Source: Candidatus Aminicenans sakinawicola JGI OTU-1 (GTDB taxonomy: Bacteria > Acidobacteriota > Aminicenantia > Aminicenantales > Aminicenantaceae). From it: a DNA stretch of 64,000 nt. Location of the stretch: the NCBI GenBank assembly GCA_000493965.1, contig AWNV01000007.1, forward strand, positions 23,351 through 87,350, written 5' to 3'. Both the position numbers and the translations under genes were made by a program. Below the pieces are notes generated by a model, which was not told where the DNA came from, ran no database searches, and saw nothing but the letters and a program-made list of their open reading frames with translations. Below are positions 46,479 to 56,297 of the stretch, piece after piece. The stretch's first letter is position 1. Every line of letters starts with the position of its first letter.

Positions 46479-49400
46479 GTGATGAAAAAATTAATCAGGA
46501 GTTTTTTTCTTATATATCTTCTAATCTTCTTGAGCTCAATGGCTGCTGCACAAAGACAAACTGGATGCATAAAAGGAAAAATTACTGATGTTGAAGGATT
46601 TCCTTTACCTGGTGCTTCTGTTTATGTTGATTCGCCAAGCTTGTTAAGCATTCAGACTTACACGACATCAGCTTCAGGAAAAATCAATTTTCATGCCCTA
46701 CTCCCAGGCCGGTATAAAATCACTGTTGATATGCCTGGATTTAAGACAGTCAATATAGAGAACATCATAATTCGAGTAGGGATGACAGTTTATATTGATG
46801 TTGCTATGGAAATGACAATAATCGAGGAAGAAATTCCTTTTAAAATTCCATCTCCTACATTGGATTCAGAGTCCGCAAAAATAGCTGTAGTTATTGAAGA
46901 GGATCTTTTAGAAAAAATTCCCTTTAGAAGAGACTTGCACGATATTATCAACTCTGCTGCTGGTGTAATATCGGATTACACATCCTATCCTCAAGTCCAT
47001 ATTATTCACGGCTCAACTGCAAGAGGGAACATCTATGCTCTGGATGGTACGAAGATGAATGATCCGGTAGGAATGAGTCTTCTCACAAACATCAATTTTG
47101 ATGCTATTGGGGAAGTGGAATTGGAAACAGGAGCTCATCCTGCAGATGTTGGCAATATAGATGGCGGATTTATCAATGTTGTCACAAAATCGGGGGGCAA
47201 TGGATTTAGCGGAGGAGCTACTATTTACCATACTAATGATAAAATTGCCAAACAATTATATTCTGAAGATGAAATAGCTAATCTGGGAACCTCTCCTGCT
47301 CCAATGGATAAAAACCTGTGGGATGTTTCATTTTCCTTGGGAGGTTCGATATTAGAAGATATGCTTTGGTTTTTTACCAATGTCCGAATGATAAACCAGT
47401 CCAGCACGACTTCCTTTATTCCATGGACAGATCCCCAAGGTAATAATCAGAAGGAATATTATTGGGATAATAAGGATAAATTGGGATTTTTCAAGTTGAC
47501 ATTCCAGTTTCTTTCGAAATTTAGAGTAACAGGCTTATTTAACTTTGCTGATTACTATCGACCTGCACACGCATTTCATCTTGACTGGAACCTCCCTGAA
47601 GAGGCAACGCGCATCCTGGATCATGCAAGGAATTACAGTACCATTGGAATTTTAAATTATTCACTTGATCAAGATACATTTCTTGACCTGAAGGGAGGAT
47701 ACATAGTCGACAACTTCCCTTTACTCTTAAATGAAGATACAAGTAATAATCCGCGGTATTATGATGAAAGCTCCGGCTACATTTGGGGGAGCGGAATGTT
47801 CAATGAGGTTCAACGCCGAACAAGGTTGCAGGCTAATATGTCCATAACTCGAGTCCAAGATGACTTATTTGGAGTTGGCCACGAGTTCAAAGCAGGTGGA
47901 GAGTATGAATATTGCTTTGGAGAATGGAACGTGTGGAAGGAAGACAATTTAATGATCCACTACAACAATGGAAATCCCTACTTCTTTAGTATGGCCGAAT
48001 CCCCTGTGACCGGAAGCACAGTTGGTAAAGGGAAGGTCTCTTTTTTTACTGTAGGAAAACTTGAAAGCGAATTGAAGCCAAGAAATGAGCTTAGAAGAAT
48101 TGCTTTTTTTGTCCAGGATTCGATGTGTTTTGGGAGGAGGTTGACTCTGAATCTTGGGCTTAGATTTGACAGAAGTTTAGCAAATCAACTTCCTAGTATT
48201 ACAAAAGAAAGTGGTAATCCGGTCTCTCTAAAAATTGGAGAAGAATTAATTGAACCAACAGCAGGGATAAACCCTTTTACTGAACACACGATTCTAGCAT
48301 GGGATGACTTAATAGCTTGGAATGCATGGTCTCCACGCATAAGCTTAATATTTGACGTTTTTGGAAAAGGAAAAACACTTCTTAAGGCTTCCTTTTCTCG
48401 TTATAAAGAATTTCTGATGCTCCAGTATGCATATGATTTATATCCATTTTATAGCGGCCGCTCTCACCAATTCTTCTGGTATGATGAAAACATGGATGGG
48501 AATGTCGATGTTGATGATACCTACGTCTCGTATGCTGAAAACTATCGTCTGTATGCAGAGGGTAATTATCAGAAAAGGATAGACCCTGAAATCGATTGTC
48601 CATATACTGACGAATATATAATCGGACTTCAGAATGAGCTGTTTAATGATTTTTCTATTAAAATAAATTATATATACAGAAACAAAAAGGGCATTTTTGA
48701 GAATGTTCCTTATGATCCTGACCTGGATATGGAATGGTATGAAATCAACGAGGATACTGAATCATATTGGGTGCCATTTCATACTTTTGTTCCGGAGGTC
48801 GATGATTTTCCGGACACGAGTGTTTCCCTCTATTTTCCGTCTAAAGATTCTCCTCTTTTCTTCGATCGTTTTAAAAATGTTACTGAGTTAAATAGAAAAT
48901 ACCGGGCATTCGAGTTTGTTTTTAAGAAACGGATGTCAAATAACTGGCAGATGAATGGCTCCTTGGGCCTAAGTAAATCAACGGGCAATATTAATTCGGG
49001 TTATTACGCGAGTTCGGGAAATACTAATGCAGCAAACAGCCCAAATTACTTCGTCAACAACCCGGGAACTTCGCGCCTGGACTATGACAGGCCTCTGGCC
49101 ATAAAGTTGATGGGAACATACGAGTTCCCTTATGATTTTTTCCTAAGCTTCTACTTCACTCATATGAGCGGTACTCCATGGACAAGAAGCGTAACAGTCA
49201 TTCCTCCTTCGTCGTGGGCCGAAGAAAACAATACTTATGGCTATTATGTTAATGTTCTTCTTGAGGAACCAGGCCTCAGGAGAAACCAAGCCTTTAACAA
49301 TCTTGATATCAGGGTTGAGAAGAAACTCAGATTTGCCGGATTTAAAAGCATAAATGCTTATCTGGATGTTTCCAATCTTCTTGGAAACAAATACAAGACT

Positions 49401-49544
49401 ACAATCCGGAACGATGGCGGTTATTGGTTTCCTGAAAAGGAAAATTCTAAAGAGGGGACATATATATTGAGTCCCAATTATGATAAAGTCACCTCTCTTT
49501 ATGGAGTAAGGGTGTTCAGATTTAGCCTTCGTTTCAGTTTCTAA
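46479..49544 (+). CDS. TonB-dependent receptor with carboxypeptidase-regulatory-like N-domain (Oar-like)
   Basis: GCIKGKITD..GFPLPGA.V; GGFINVVTKSGGN; LNLGLRFD; C-terminal FSLRFSF. Confidence 0.88.
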   Translation: MMKKLIRSFFLIYLLIFLSSMAAAQRQTGCIKGKITDVEGFPLPGASVYVDSPSLLSIQTYTTSASGKINFHALLPGRYKITVDMPGFKTVNIENIIIRVGMTVYIDVAMEMTIIEEEIPFKIPSPTLDSESAKIAVVIEEDLLEKIPFRRDLHDIINSAAGVISDYTSYPQVHIIHGSTARGNIYALDGTKMNDPVGMSLLTNINFDAIGEVELETGAHPADVGNIDGGFINVVTKSGGNGFSGGATIYHTNDKIAKQLYSEDEIANLGTSPAPMDKNLWDVSFSLGGSILEDMLWFFTNVRMINQSSTTSFIPWTDPQGNNQKEYYWDNKDKLGFFKLTFQFLSKFRVTGLFNFADYYRPAHAFHLDWNLPEEATRILDHARNYSTIGILNYSLDQDTFLDLKGGYIVDNFPLLLNEDTSNNPRYYDESSGYIWGSGMFNEVQRRTRLQANMSITRVQDDLFGVGHEFKAGGEYEYCFGEWNVWKEDNLMIHYNNGNPYFFSMAESPVTGSTVGKGKVSFFTVGKLESELKPRNELRRIAFFVQDSMCFGRRLTLNLGLRFDRSLANQLPSITKESGNPVSLKIGEELIEPTAGINPFTEHTILAWDDLIAWNAWSPRISLIFDVFGKGKTLLKASFSRYKEFLMLQYAYDLYPFYSGRSHQFFWYDENMDGNVDVDDTYVSYAENYRLYAEGNYQKRIDPEIDCPYTDEYIIGLQNELFNDFSIKINYIYRNKKGIFENVPYDPDLDMEWYEINEDTESYWVPFHTFVPEVDDFPDTSVSLYFPSKDSPLFFDRFKNVTELNRKYRAFEFVFKKRMSNNWQMNGSLGLSKSTGNINSGYYASSGNTNAANSPNYFVNNPGTSRLDYDRPLAIKLMGTYEFPYDFFLSFYFTHMSGTPWTRSVTVIPPSSWAEENNTYGYYVNVLLEEPGLRRNQAFNNLDIRVEKKLRFAGFKSINAYLDVSNLLGNKYKTTIRNDGGYWFPEKENSKEGTYILSPNYDKVTSLYGVRVFRFSLRFSF

Positions 49545-50583
49545 TTTTAAAGGTTAAACCCAAAACTTTTTTCTGTTCATCTCCTCCTGTCTTGTTTGTA
49601 AGGGTTGCAAAAAGTTTGTTTTGTCCCTTAAAAAGCTTATCCACATCCTTTTCTAACATAAAAGGAACTTCAATCTTGAAATTATTTTCTTTGTTTGCTT
49701 CAAGGTCGGTTTCGTCTATTTCGACTTTATAGGAATCTTCATATTCCCACACCAGGTAATCTCCGGCATCGATTAATTTAAGATAAAGTTCCAGTGTTGT
49801 CTCCAGTTTGTTTTCTTTCTCCTTAAGCCAGATATTTGTAAAAGGAACCTCAATGAATATGATGCCCTCAATTCTTTCTGCATTGACTAAAGTGCTTTTA
49901 ACATGCCAGGTGAAATTGAAAAACATTTTTTCTCCTTGTATTGTATCCTGCGAACTGGCCTGGGCTGCGTTAATGCCCTGCATATATGCAATGTTAAGAG
50001 AACTAATAGTACTTAGATTGTATGTGACTAACCGGTAAGTCCCTGTGCAGCTAGGATCAACAAAAACAACGGGAAAGCTTCCGTAATACCAGATCTCCGA
50101 ACAACGTCCATAATAGCTGTAACCCAGTGGGTGGACTATTCTATCCATAGGTGGTCCGAAAAGAACATATATACGTCCACGGTCTGTCCAATATCCATCT
50201 TTCCCCTCACCGAAAAAAAGTTCGTTTGCTCTTTCTATCCGGTTAAAATATTCCGTCTTGAACTCATTTTCTTCTGTATATGGATCGGGATCCCGGCGTT
50301 TCCAGAATTCTTCTTTAAATTTTTCCTTTTCAGAATCCGGGAGATCGAGAAAAATTCTTTCCTCTTCCTTCGTAATAATGTATCTGACTTTGGCAAAGAA
50401 CTCGGCATCTTCGGGGTTGAGTTCTTGTGCTAACTTGTAATAATGATAAGAGCAGGAAAAAAACGAGAGTGCAAGGCATGAAGTCAATATAAATAGAGCA
50501 AACAGCCGAAATAAATATTTCTCAGTCTTTTTTTTATTTAATATAAATGTGCCAGACATTTTATTTCTCCTTTTTTTCAACAA
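49534..50583 (-). CDS. GWxTD-domain lipoprotein
   Basis: FWKRRDPDP.T.ENE..RIERAN; GYWTDRGRIYVLFGPP; lipobox FFS-C; start may be about 50559. Confidence 0.85.
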   Translation of the reverse strand: MLKKRRNKMSGTFILNKKKTEKYLFRLFALFILTSCLALSFFSCSYHYYKLAQELNPEDAEFFAKVRYIITKEEERIFLDLPDSEKEKFKEEFWKRRDPDPYTEENEFKTEYFNRIERANELFFGEGKDGYWTDRGRIYVLFGPPMDRIVHPLGYSYYGRCSEIWYYGSFPVVFVDPSCTGTYRLVTYNLSTISSLNIAYMQGINAAQASSQDTIQGEKMFFNFTWHVKSTLVNAERIEGIIFIEVPFTNIWLKEKENKLETTLELYLKLIDAGDYLVWEYEDSYKVEIDETDLEANKENNFKIEVPFMLEKDVDKLFKGQNKLFATLTNKTGGDEQKKVLGLTFKIRN

Positions 50584-50646
50584 ATAACTCCTTACTTACA
50601 AATCTATAGTGCGATGAAGATAAATTCAAGTTTTAGGAGTATGAAA

Positions 50647-50731
50647 TGCGGAAGGTGGGACTCGAACCCACACGGCTTTTAAGGCCATAAACTCCTGAGG
50701 CTTACGCGTCTACCAATTCCGCCACTTCCGC
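50647..50731 (-). tRNA. tRNA-Leu(CAG)
   Basis: GCGGAAG acceptor stem, TGGCGGAATTGGTAGAC D-arm, TAAGC-CTCAGGA-GTTTA anticodon arm, long variable arm, GGTTCGAGTCC T-loop; CCA not encoded. Confidence 0.96.
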
Positions 50732-50766
50732 ACTCGCATTATCCGCGCCTTTCTTCCGGAGTAGGT

Positions 50767-50795
50767 ATTATAATCTTACTCAAAAAAAGAGTAAA
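50767..50795 (-). promoter_or_regulatory. tRNA promoter
   Basis: Minus strand TTTACT-17 nt-TATAAT; back-to-back with TTGACA at 50799-50804 on the + strand. Confidence 0.55.
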
Positions 50796-50918
50796 GTCTT
50801 GACAAATCGAAATTCGGTTCTTATCTTAATGATAAGTGGCAAAATTTTTCTATCTTCAATATCTCATCAAAGGTCTTTTTTATCCTGAATTATTTACTTT
50901 ATTTAAAAGGGGGATTAA

Positions 50919-52064
50919 ATGAAACTTTTGAACCGGCCGCAAATTGAGAGTCTGGCTAAATTTAAAAGCAGGGACTTTCTGACGACTTCATTCTATCTCG
51001 ACACTAACAAAAGCAGGATGACGAAGAAAGAAGTCAAATTATCTTTGAAAAATCTTGTCAGCAGCGGCAAAACACGGCTGTCTCAGATGAGTTTAGACAA
51101 GGCGAAAAAGGAATCACTATTCAAGGATTTGGAAAGCATCTATCGATTTTGCTCCCACGAGCTTCCCTCTTATAATTTTGCTGGTATCGGGGTTTTTTCA
51201 TGCAGCAGTCAAGATTTCTGGCAGGTTTTTAACCTGTGCAATTCACCCAGAAACAGGATTATTTTCGACCAGAACCCGTATGTTCGTCCACTCTCTGCAA
51301 TTCTTGACGAACACCACAGGATATGTGTTCTAACTCTCGATAGGAAAGAAGCCAAGTGGTATGACATCTTTATGGGAGACATCACCCTTATTAAAAGCAT
51401 AATCGGAGATGTTCCGAGTAAAATCAAGGAAGGAGGCTGGGAAGGTTACGAATCCAAGCGTATCGAAAGACACATATCCGGCCGTCTTCGTAAACATCTT
51501 AAGACGGCAGCTAAAGTAACATTCGAACTGTTCAAAGAAACTAGTTTTGACAGGTTCTTCATTGGCTGTCAAGATGAATATTATACGGAGTTAGAATCCC
51601 TTTTTCATTCATATTGTAAGGATAGATTGAAAGGTCGGCTCAGAATAAAACCAGCCGATCCTCCTGATAAGATTCTTAAAGAAGCACTGGAATTGAAAAA
51701 TGAACTGAAGATACAGGAGAAAAAGGATCTCGTATTAAGCTTTATTTCCGAGCTGGAGAAGGGAAGATTGGCTGTCTCAGGATTAAAAAACACACTTAGA
51801 AAGCTTAATAATGGAGAAGCTCAGATACTGCTTATCACCCGGAATTTCTCCAAGCCCGGGAAAATCTGTCCTAAGTGCGGCTTTTTGTTTGTAGATGAGA
51901 CACAATGTCCGACCTGCCAGAGCAAAACAGAACCTCTCGTTGATGTCATCGATGAAGCCATTGAACTGGCCATGGATAAAAGATGTAGAGTGAAACATAT
52001 CAATCCGCCTTCCAAGCTGAGCAGGTACGGAAATATAGGTGCATTCTTGCGCTACAAAACTTGA
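50919..52064 (+). CDS. Bacterial aRF1/eRF1-like (baeRF) family protein
   Basis: Three-domain eRF1-like layout; KEGGWEGYESKRIER at the GGQ-loop position; C-terminal L7Ae-like domain with CPKC/CPTC Zn ribbon; GNIGAFLRY end. Confidence 0.8.
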   Translation: MKLLNRPQIESLAKFKSRDFLTTSFYLDTNKSRMTKKEVKLSLKNLVSSGKTRLSQMSLDKAKKESLFKDLESIYRFCSHELPSYNFAGIGVFSCSSQDFWQVFNLCNSPRNRIIFDQNPYVRPLSAILDEHHRICVLTLDRKEAKWYDIFMGDITLIKSIIGDVPSKIKEGGWEGYESKRIERHISGRLRKHLKTAAKVTFELFKETSFDRFFIGCQDEYYTELESLFHSYCKDRLKGRLRIKPADPPDKILKEALELKNELKIQEKKDLVLSFISELEKGRLAVSGLKNTLRKLNNGEAQILLITRNFSKPGKICPKCGFLFVDETQCPTCQSKTEPLVDVIDEAIELAMDKRCRVKHINPPSKLSRYGNIGAFLRYKT

Positions 52065-52149
52065 AGCGCAAGCAGAAAAACTTCAGCCGCCATAAATCTG
52101 TTCATAAGTCCACCACCAAGGCGGTATGGCCTGTGATACGGGCTGATTT

Positions 52150-52265
52150 TAGATACCCAAGATGAGCTTTTGCAATTGTGAAGTAAATAAGCAAGCCAGT
52201 GACATCCACGATAGTCGTTAGTGCTGGGATGGGGCAACTACAGCAGGGTCGAGCTTCATTTTTGC
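52150..52265 (-). pseudogene. mgtE: 3'-terminal relic of magnesium transporter mgtE
   Basis: Minus strand reads AKMKLDPAVVA/(frameshift)/PALTTIVDVTGLLIYFTIAKAHLG, matching the MgtE last-TM motif DPA...P..TT..D..G..IYF. Confidence 0.75.
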
Positions 52266-52339
52266 GGAAGAGTTAATTTTTTCTTGACGCAAAGGTTTAA
52301 GCTGTGCTATATGCAGATTGAAGATAAAAAAAATAAACT

Positions 52340-52447
52340 TGGATTATTCACGAGTCGAGGCTGCTGTAGATACGAGGGGTAAAGGATGAAGCTGTGGTAT
52401 TTCACCGCAACTCCTTTGCAGCGAAGCAGATACAGTAAGATCGGCTC
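52340..52447 (+). repeat. MITE/REP-like structured element, copy 1
   Basis: First 83 bp are 74/83 identical to 54674-54756; nested stems TAAAGGA/TCCTTTG, TGTGGT/ACCGCA and GAGTCGA/TCGGCTC. Confidence 0.85.
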
Positions 52448-52604
52448 TCCTGGGAGGTAACAAATGTCGATTATGATTAAAAGAAAATTCAGCCAAAAAA
52501 GTGATTCCCTTGATCTTCCTGAAAAGTCAAGTCAAAATCTTGATATGAATATTGTTATTCTAAGTATCTACATTTTTTATGAATAGTTAAAATAGAGAAA
52601 GACC

Positions 52605-54581
52605 ATGAATAAAAAAACAGAGGGAAACAAACTATTCAAAAATAATAAAAGAGACAAATTCCAAATGAAAGTATTAGGACCTGTTCAGGATCTTGAAGAG
52701 CATGTGGATCCAAATTGGTGGTGGCATATTTTCAATTCCCTATATCTAAAAACCGATGGAGATGTAGTGGAAGACAAAAACATTACGATTGGGGAAGTAG
52801 ACATGCTTTTATCCATTCTAAACCTCTCTTCTGAAGATGGAATTCTTGATCTGTGTTGTGGACAAGGAAGGCATTCTTTAGAATTGGCGAAAAGAGGTTT
52901 CAAATATATTGAAGGATTGGACAGGTCACATTATTTAATTCAAAAGGCTAAAACTAAGGCGAAAAAGGAGGGATTAGGCGTTCGATTCAGAGAAGGTGAT
53001 GCCCGGAAACTCCAATATCCCCACGATGCATTTAATGTGGTTATGATATTAGGGAACAGTTTCGGCTACTTTGAGACGATTGAGGATGACATGAGAGTTT
53101 TAAGAGAAGTGCTCAGAGTATTAAAACCATGGGGGAAACTTTATATCGATGTCGCAGATGGTGAATATTTAAAAAAGAATTTCCATCCTCGTTCTTGGGA
53201 ATGGATAAATAAAAAACTCTTTGTTTGTAGAGAGCGCTCCCTTTCCATCGATGAGCAGCGTCTGATATCAAGAGAAGTCGTTACTCACGTAGGAAAAGGA
53301 GTGATTGCAGATCAATTCTACGCAGAAAGACTTTACTCCAGCGAATCCATTACTCAGATTTTAATAAAAGCTGGATTTAGTGATGTTGTTTTTCACGGCC
53401 AATTTTCAACGGATTCCCAACGAAATCAGGATTTAGGCATGATGGAAAGGCGCTTAATTATCACATCGGTTGTAAAAAAAGAATGGACAGCTATTAAAAG
53501 AAAGCCAAAACAAGGAGTAACAAATGTGGCGGTAATTTTGGGAGACCCGAATAAACCCGACCCATTAAAGCCGTACTTAATCTTTGATGAGAATGATTTA
53601 TATACAGTTGATAAGTTAAAATCCGCATTAAGGGAACTTGAAGGCAACCATTTTTTTTACTTTAACAATCATGATACTTTAATCCAGGATTTGATGAAAG
53701 AGAGGGGAAAAATCGACATCATTTTTAACCTCTGTGATGAAGGTCACTACAACGAGGGCAAGAGAGAGCTTCACATACCTGCTTTGCTCGAAATTCTTGG
53801 CCTTTCTTACACAGGTTCTGGACCTCAGTGTCTTGCTTTCTGTTATGATAAATCTCTAGTGCGCGGAATTGCAAAGGAAATGGAAATACCTGTTCCTGAA
53901 GCTTTCTTTTTAAAACCTGAAGATACTACTTTTGAGCTTCCCTTCAGTTTTCCTGCAATTGTAAAACCTAACTTTGGTGATGGCAGCTTTGGGATAACTC
54001 AAAAAAGTGTAGCATACAATGCAGAAGAAATTATTAATGCTGTTTCAGAAATTAGGGAGAAATTTGGCTATAACAAATTCGTTATCGTAGAAGAATTTCT
54101 CCCAGGGAAAGACCTGAGCGTTGGCATAATAGGAAATCCTCCTGAATCTTATCAGGTTCTCCCTATCATTGAAGAAGACTATTCAATGCTTCCGGATACC
54201 CTTCCCAGAGTATGCGGTTACGAGGCCAAGTGGCTTCCGGATTCGCCTTACTGGAACATAAAATCCATTCCCGCTGAACTTCCGGAAAACACAGAGAGGC
54301 TTATCATAGAATGGTGTTTGAAATTATTTGAGAGGTTGGATTGCAAGGATTACTGTCGGTTTGACTGGAGGTTGGATGCATTGGGGAATCCGAGACTCCT
54401 TGAAGTCAATCCAAATCCAGGTTGGTGCTGGGATGGCCATCTTGCCAAGATGGCAAAAGTGGGAGATATTTCCTACTCTGAAATGCTGCGATTGATTTTA
54501 AATGCAGCCGGAAAACGGGTGGGAGTTCAGACAATGAATGCAGCAGGCAAGAAAGAAGCGCACGACAGTAATCTTATTTGA
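52605..54581 (+). CDS. Fusion: class I SAM methyltransferase + D-Ala-D-Ala-ligase-like ATP-grasp
   Basis: ILDLCCGQGRH and NSFGYF (MTase); FNLCDEG, YTGSG, IVKP..GDGSFGI, VEEFLPG, YEAKW and LEVNPNPG (Ddl-like); start may be ATG52665. Confidence 0.85.
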   Translation: MNKKTEGNKLFKNNKRDKFQMKVLGPVQDLEEHVDPNWWWHIFNSLYLKTDGDVVEDKNITIGEVDMLLSILNLSSEDGILDLCCGQGRHSLELAKRGFKYIEGLDRSHYLIQKAKTKAKKEGLGVRFREGDARKLQYPHDAFNVVMILGNSFGYFETIEDDMRVLREVLRVLKPWGKLYIDVADGEYLKKNFHPRSWEWINKKLFVCRERSLSIDEQRLISREVVTHVGKGVIADQFYAERLYSSESITQILIKAGFSDVVFHGQFSTDSQRNQDLGMMERRLIITSVVKKEWTAIKRKPKQGVTNVAVILGDPNKPDPLKPYLIFDENDLYTVDKLKSALRELEGNHFFYFNNHDTLIQDLMKERGKIDIIFNLCDEGHYNEGKRELHIPALLEILGLSYTGSGPQCLAFCYDKSLVRGIAKEMEIPVPEAFFLKPEDTTFELPFSFPAIVKPNFGDGSFGITQKSVAYNAEEIINAVSEIREKFGYNKFVIVEEFLPGKDLSVGIIGNPPESYQVLPIIEEDYSMLPDTLPRVCGYEAKWLPDSPYWNIKSIPAELPENTERLIIEWCLKLFERLDCKDYCRFDWRLDALGNPRLLEVNPNPGWCWDGHLAKMAKVGDISYSEMLRLILNAAGKRVGVQTMNAAGKKEAHDSNLI

Positions 54582-54673
54582 TGATAAGAAAAAACGTAAG
54601 ACCATAATATAGTAAGATTCATAAAAAAGATTGATAAAAATCCTATTGATATTTATAAAAAAAACATGTAGTC

Positions 54674-54756
54674 TGGATTATTCACGAATCGAGGCTGCCG
54701 CAGATGCAAGGCGTAAAGGATGAGACTGTTGTATTTCACCGCAACTCCTTTGCAGC
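54674..54756 (+). repeat. MITE/REP-like structured element, copy 2 (3'-truncated)
   Basis: TGGATTATTCACGAATCGAGGCTG...CTCCTTTGCAGC, a direct repeat of 52340-52422. Confidence 0.85.
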
Positions 54757-54814
54757 TTAAATGTATTATTATAGAGCCTGAGCAAAGGAACATAAATCTA
54801 AAGGTGGATACATA

Positions 54815-55451
54815 ATGAAAATTGCGAAGGAGGGCTTACTTTTTATTCTCCCTTCTTTTGCTGCAGCTGTTCTGTTTTTTATATATGGCCTGTGGCTTCC
54901 TTTTGCAATCTTTCTAATCACAGCTTGCTGCTTTTGCTTTTTCTTTCGTGACCCGAAGCGTGAAATTGCCCAAAATAAAAATCTGCTTCTTTCCCCTGCC
55001 GATGGTAAAATCGTGAAAATTCAGACTGTCGAATCCCATCCTTTTTTTTCCTTCCTCAGTCACAATTGTCAGCATTTTTTTGTCTCTTTTTGATGTTCAT
55101 ATCACTCGAGCTCCCATTTCTGGAACTGTCAGAGAAGTTGAATACAAGCCTGGAAAATTCTTTTCTGCCTATAAGGATAAAGCCAGCTTTAAAAATGAAT
55201 CCAATTCAATATTGATAAACGGTGATGAGACAAATATTCTCGTTAAGCAGATTGCAGGATTTGCGGCCCGCCGAATAAAATGTTTTGTTAAAAAGAATGA
55301 AATGATAACGGGGGGACAAAAAATTGGTCTGATTTATTTTGGATCCAGGATTGATATTTTCATCCCCAAAGGAATACAATTAAAAGTCAATTTAAACCAA
55401 AAAGTTAAGGCGGGATGTACAGAAATAGGTGAGAAAAAACATGGAAAATGA
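54815..55451 (+). pseudogene. psd: Phosphatidylserine decarboxylase proenzyme, split by a +1 frameshift
   Basis: ORF1 has FFRDP.R and SPADG; ORF2 has SLFDVH, PG.F, KNE.N, QIAG..ARRI and YFGSR; removing one T from T8 (55042-55049) rejoins the frames. Confidence 0.9.
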
Positions 55452-56196
55452 AAAGAGGTATCAAGAATTCTATCTGTTACCTAGTCTTATAACAATGACT
55501 AACATTTTTTTTGGCTATCTCAGCATATTTGCTACCCACCATGAAAAATACTTATTGGCGGCTTTCTTTATAATTAGTGCGGCTGTTATGGATGCCCTTG
55601 ACGGATTCACTGCCCGTTTAACCACAACCCAATCAGACTTTGGTGTTCAGCTCGATTCCCTTGCTGATGTTGTTTCCTTTGGATTAGCTCCCTCTTTTCT
55701 ACTCTATTCCTGGGGGTTTAGGCTGACTTTTCCGTCTGGCGCTGCCGTCTTTTTTAGTTTTATCTTTCTGATAGCAGGTATCCTGCGGCTGGCTCGCTAT
55801 AATATTCTTCAGAAAGGTAATAAAGGAGACAGGAAATTTTATACAGGATTAACTATTCCGTCAGCCTCCCTGCTTTTTGCAGCTATTGTTTTATACCATC
55901 CCCAACCTGTCGGAGTAAGACTGTATGCGTTTTCCCTTGCCCTTCTTGCTGTTATCCTTTCCCTTTGCATGATCAGTACTATTAAATACAGGAATTATTT
56001 AAATTTCAATTTCCACCAGAGAATTGACCTTAGAACAGCTCTGTTCATAGCAGTCATCTTTAGCAGCCTCGTCATTTTTCCCAGGATTTTCCTTCTTTTT
56101 TATATTTCTCTTAACGTTTTATCTGGTCCCGCAATATATGCCTTCAATTTTTTAAATAAAGGACTCCAAAAAAAATTAAGCCGAAAAAGAGCTTAA
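55441..56196 (+). CDS. pssA: CDP-diacylglycerol--serine O-phosphatidyltransferase
   Basis: LPSLIT..N; DALDG..AR..FG.QLDSLAD..SFG.AP; RLARYN. Confidence 0.92.
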   Translation: MENEKRYQEFYLLPSLITMTNIFFGYLSIFATHHEKYLLAAFFIISAAVMDALDGFTARLTTTQSDFGVQLDSLADVVSFGLAPSFLLYSWGFRLTFPSGAAVFFSFIFLIAGILRLARYNILQKGNKGDRKFYTGLTIPSASLLFAAIVLYHPQPVGVRLYAFSLALLAVILSLCMISTIKYRNYLNFNFHQRIDLRTALFIAVIFSSLVIFPRIFLLFYISLNVLSGPAIYAFNFLNKGLQKKLSRKRA

Positions 56197-56297
56197 CTCT
56201 CCTAGAATTATTGACCCGAAACACTTAATGTCTTTTTTCAGCCTTTTTATTTATTCCTTTTCATCGTGAATTAGCCTGGACTTCCAGTATAGAAAAA

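Noticed and set aside
46295-46570. ORF 46295..46570 (-)
   Set aside because: Antisense to the TonB receptor start and runs through REP-like repeats (VPLITGTG derives from the repeat).
50647-50731. tRNA-Leu as the integration site of a prophage or ICE
   Set aside because: No integrase nearby and no duplicated tRNA 3' end noticed in the window.
52052-52237. ORF 52052..52237 (-) as a real gene
   Set aside because: Wrong frame; the meaningful signal is the frameshifted mgtE tail in other frames.
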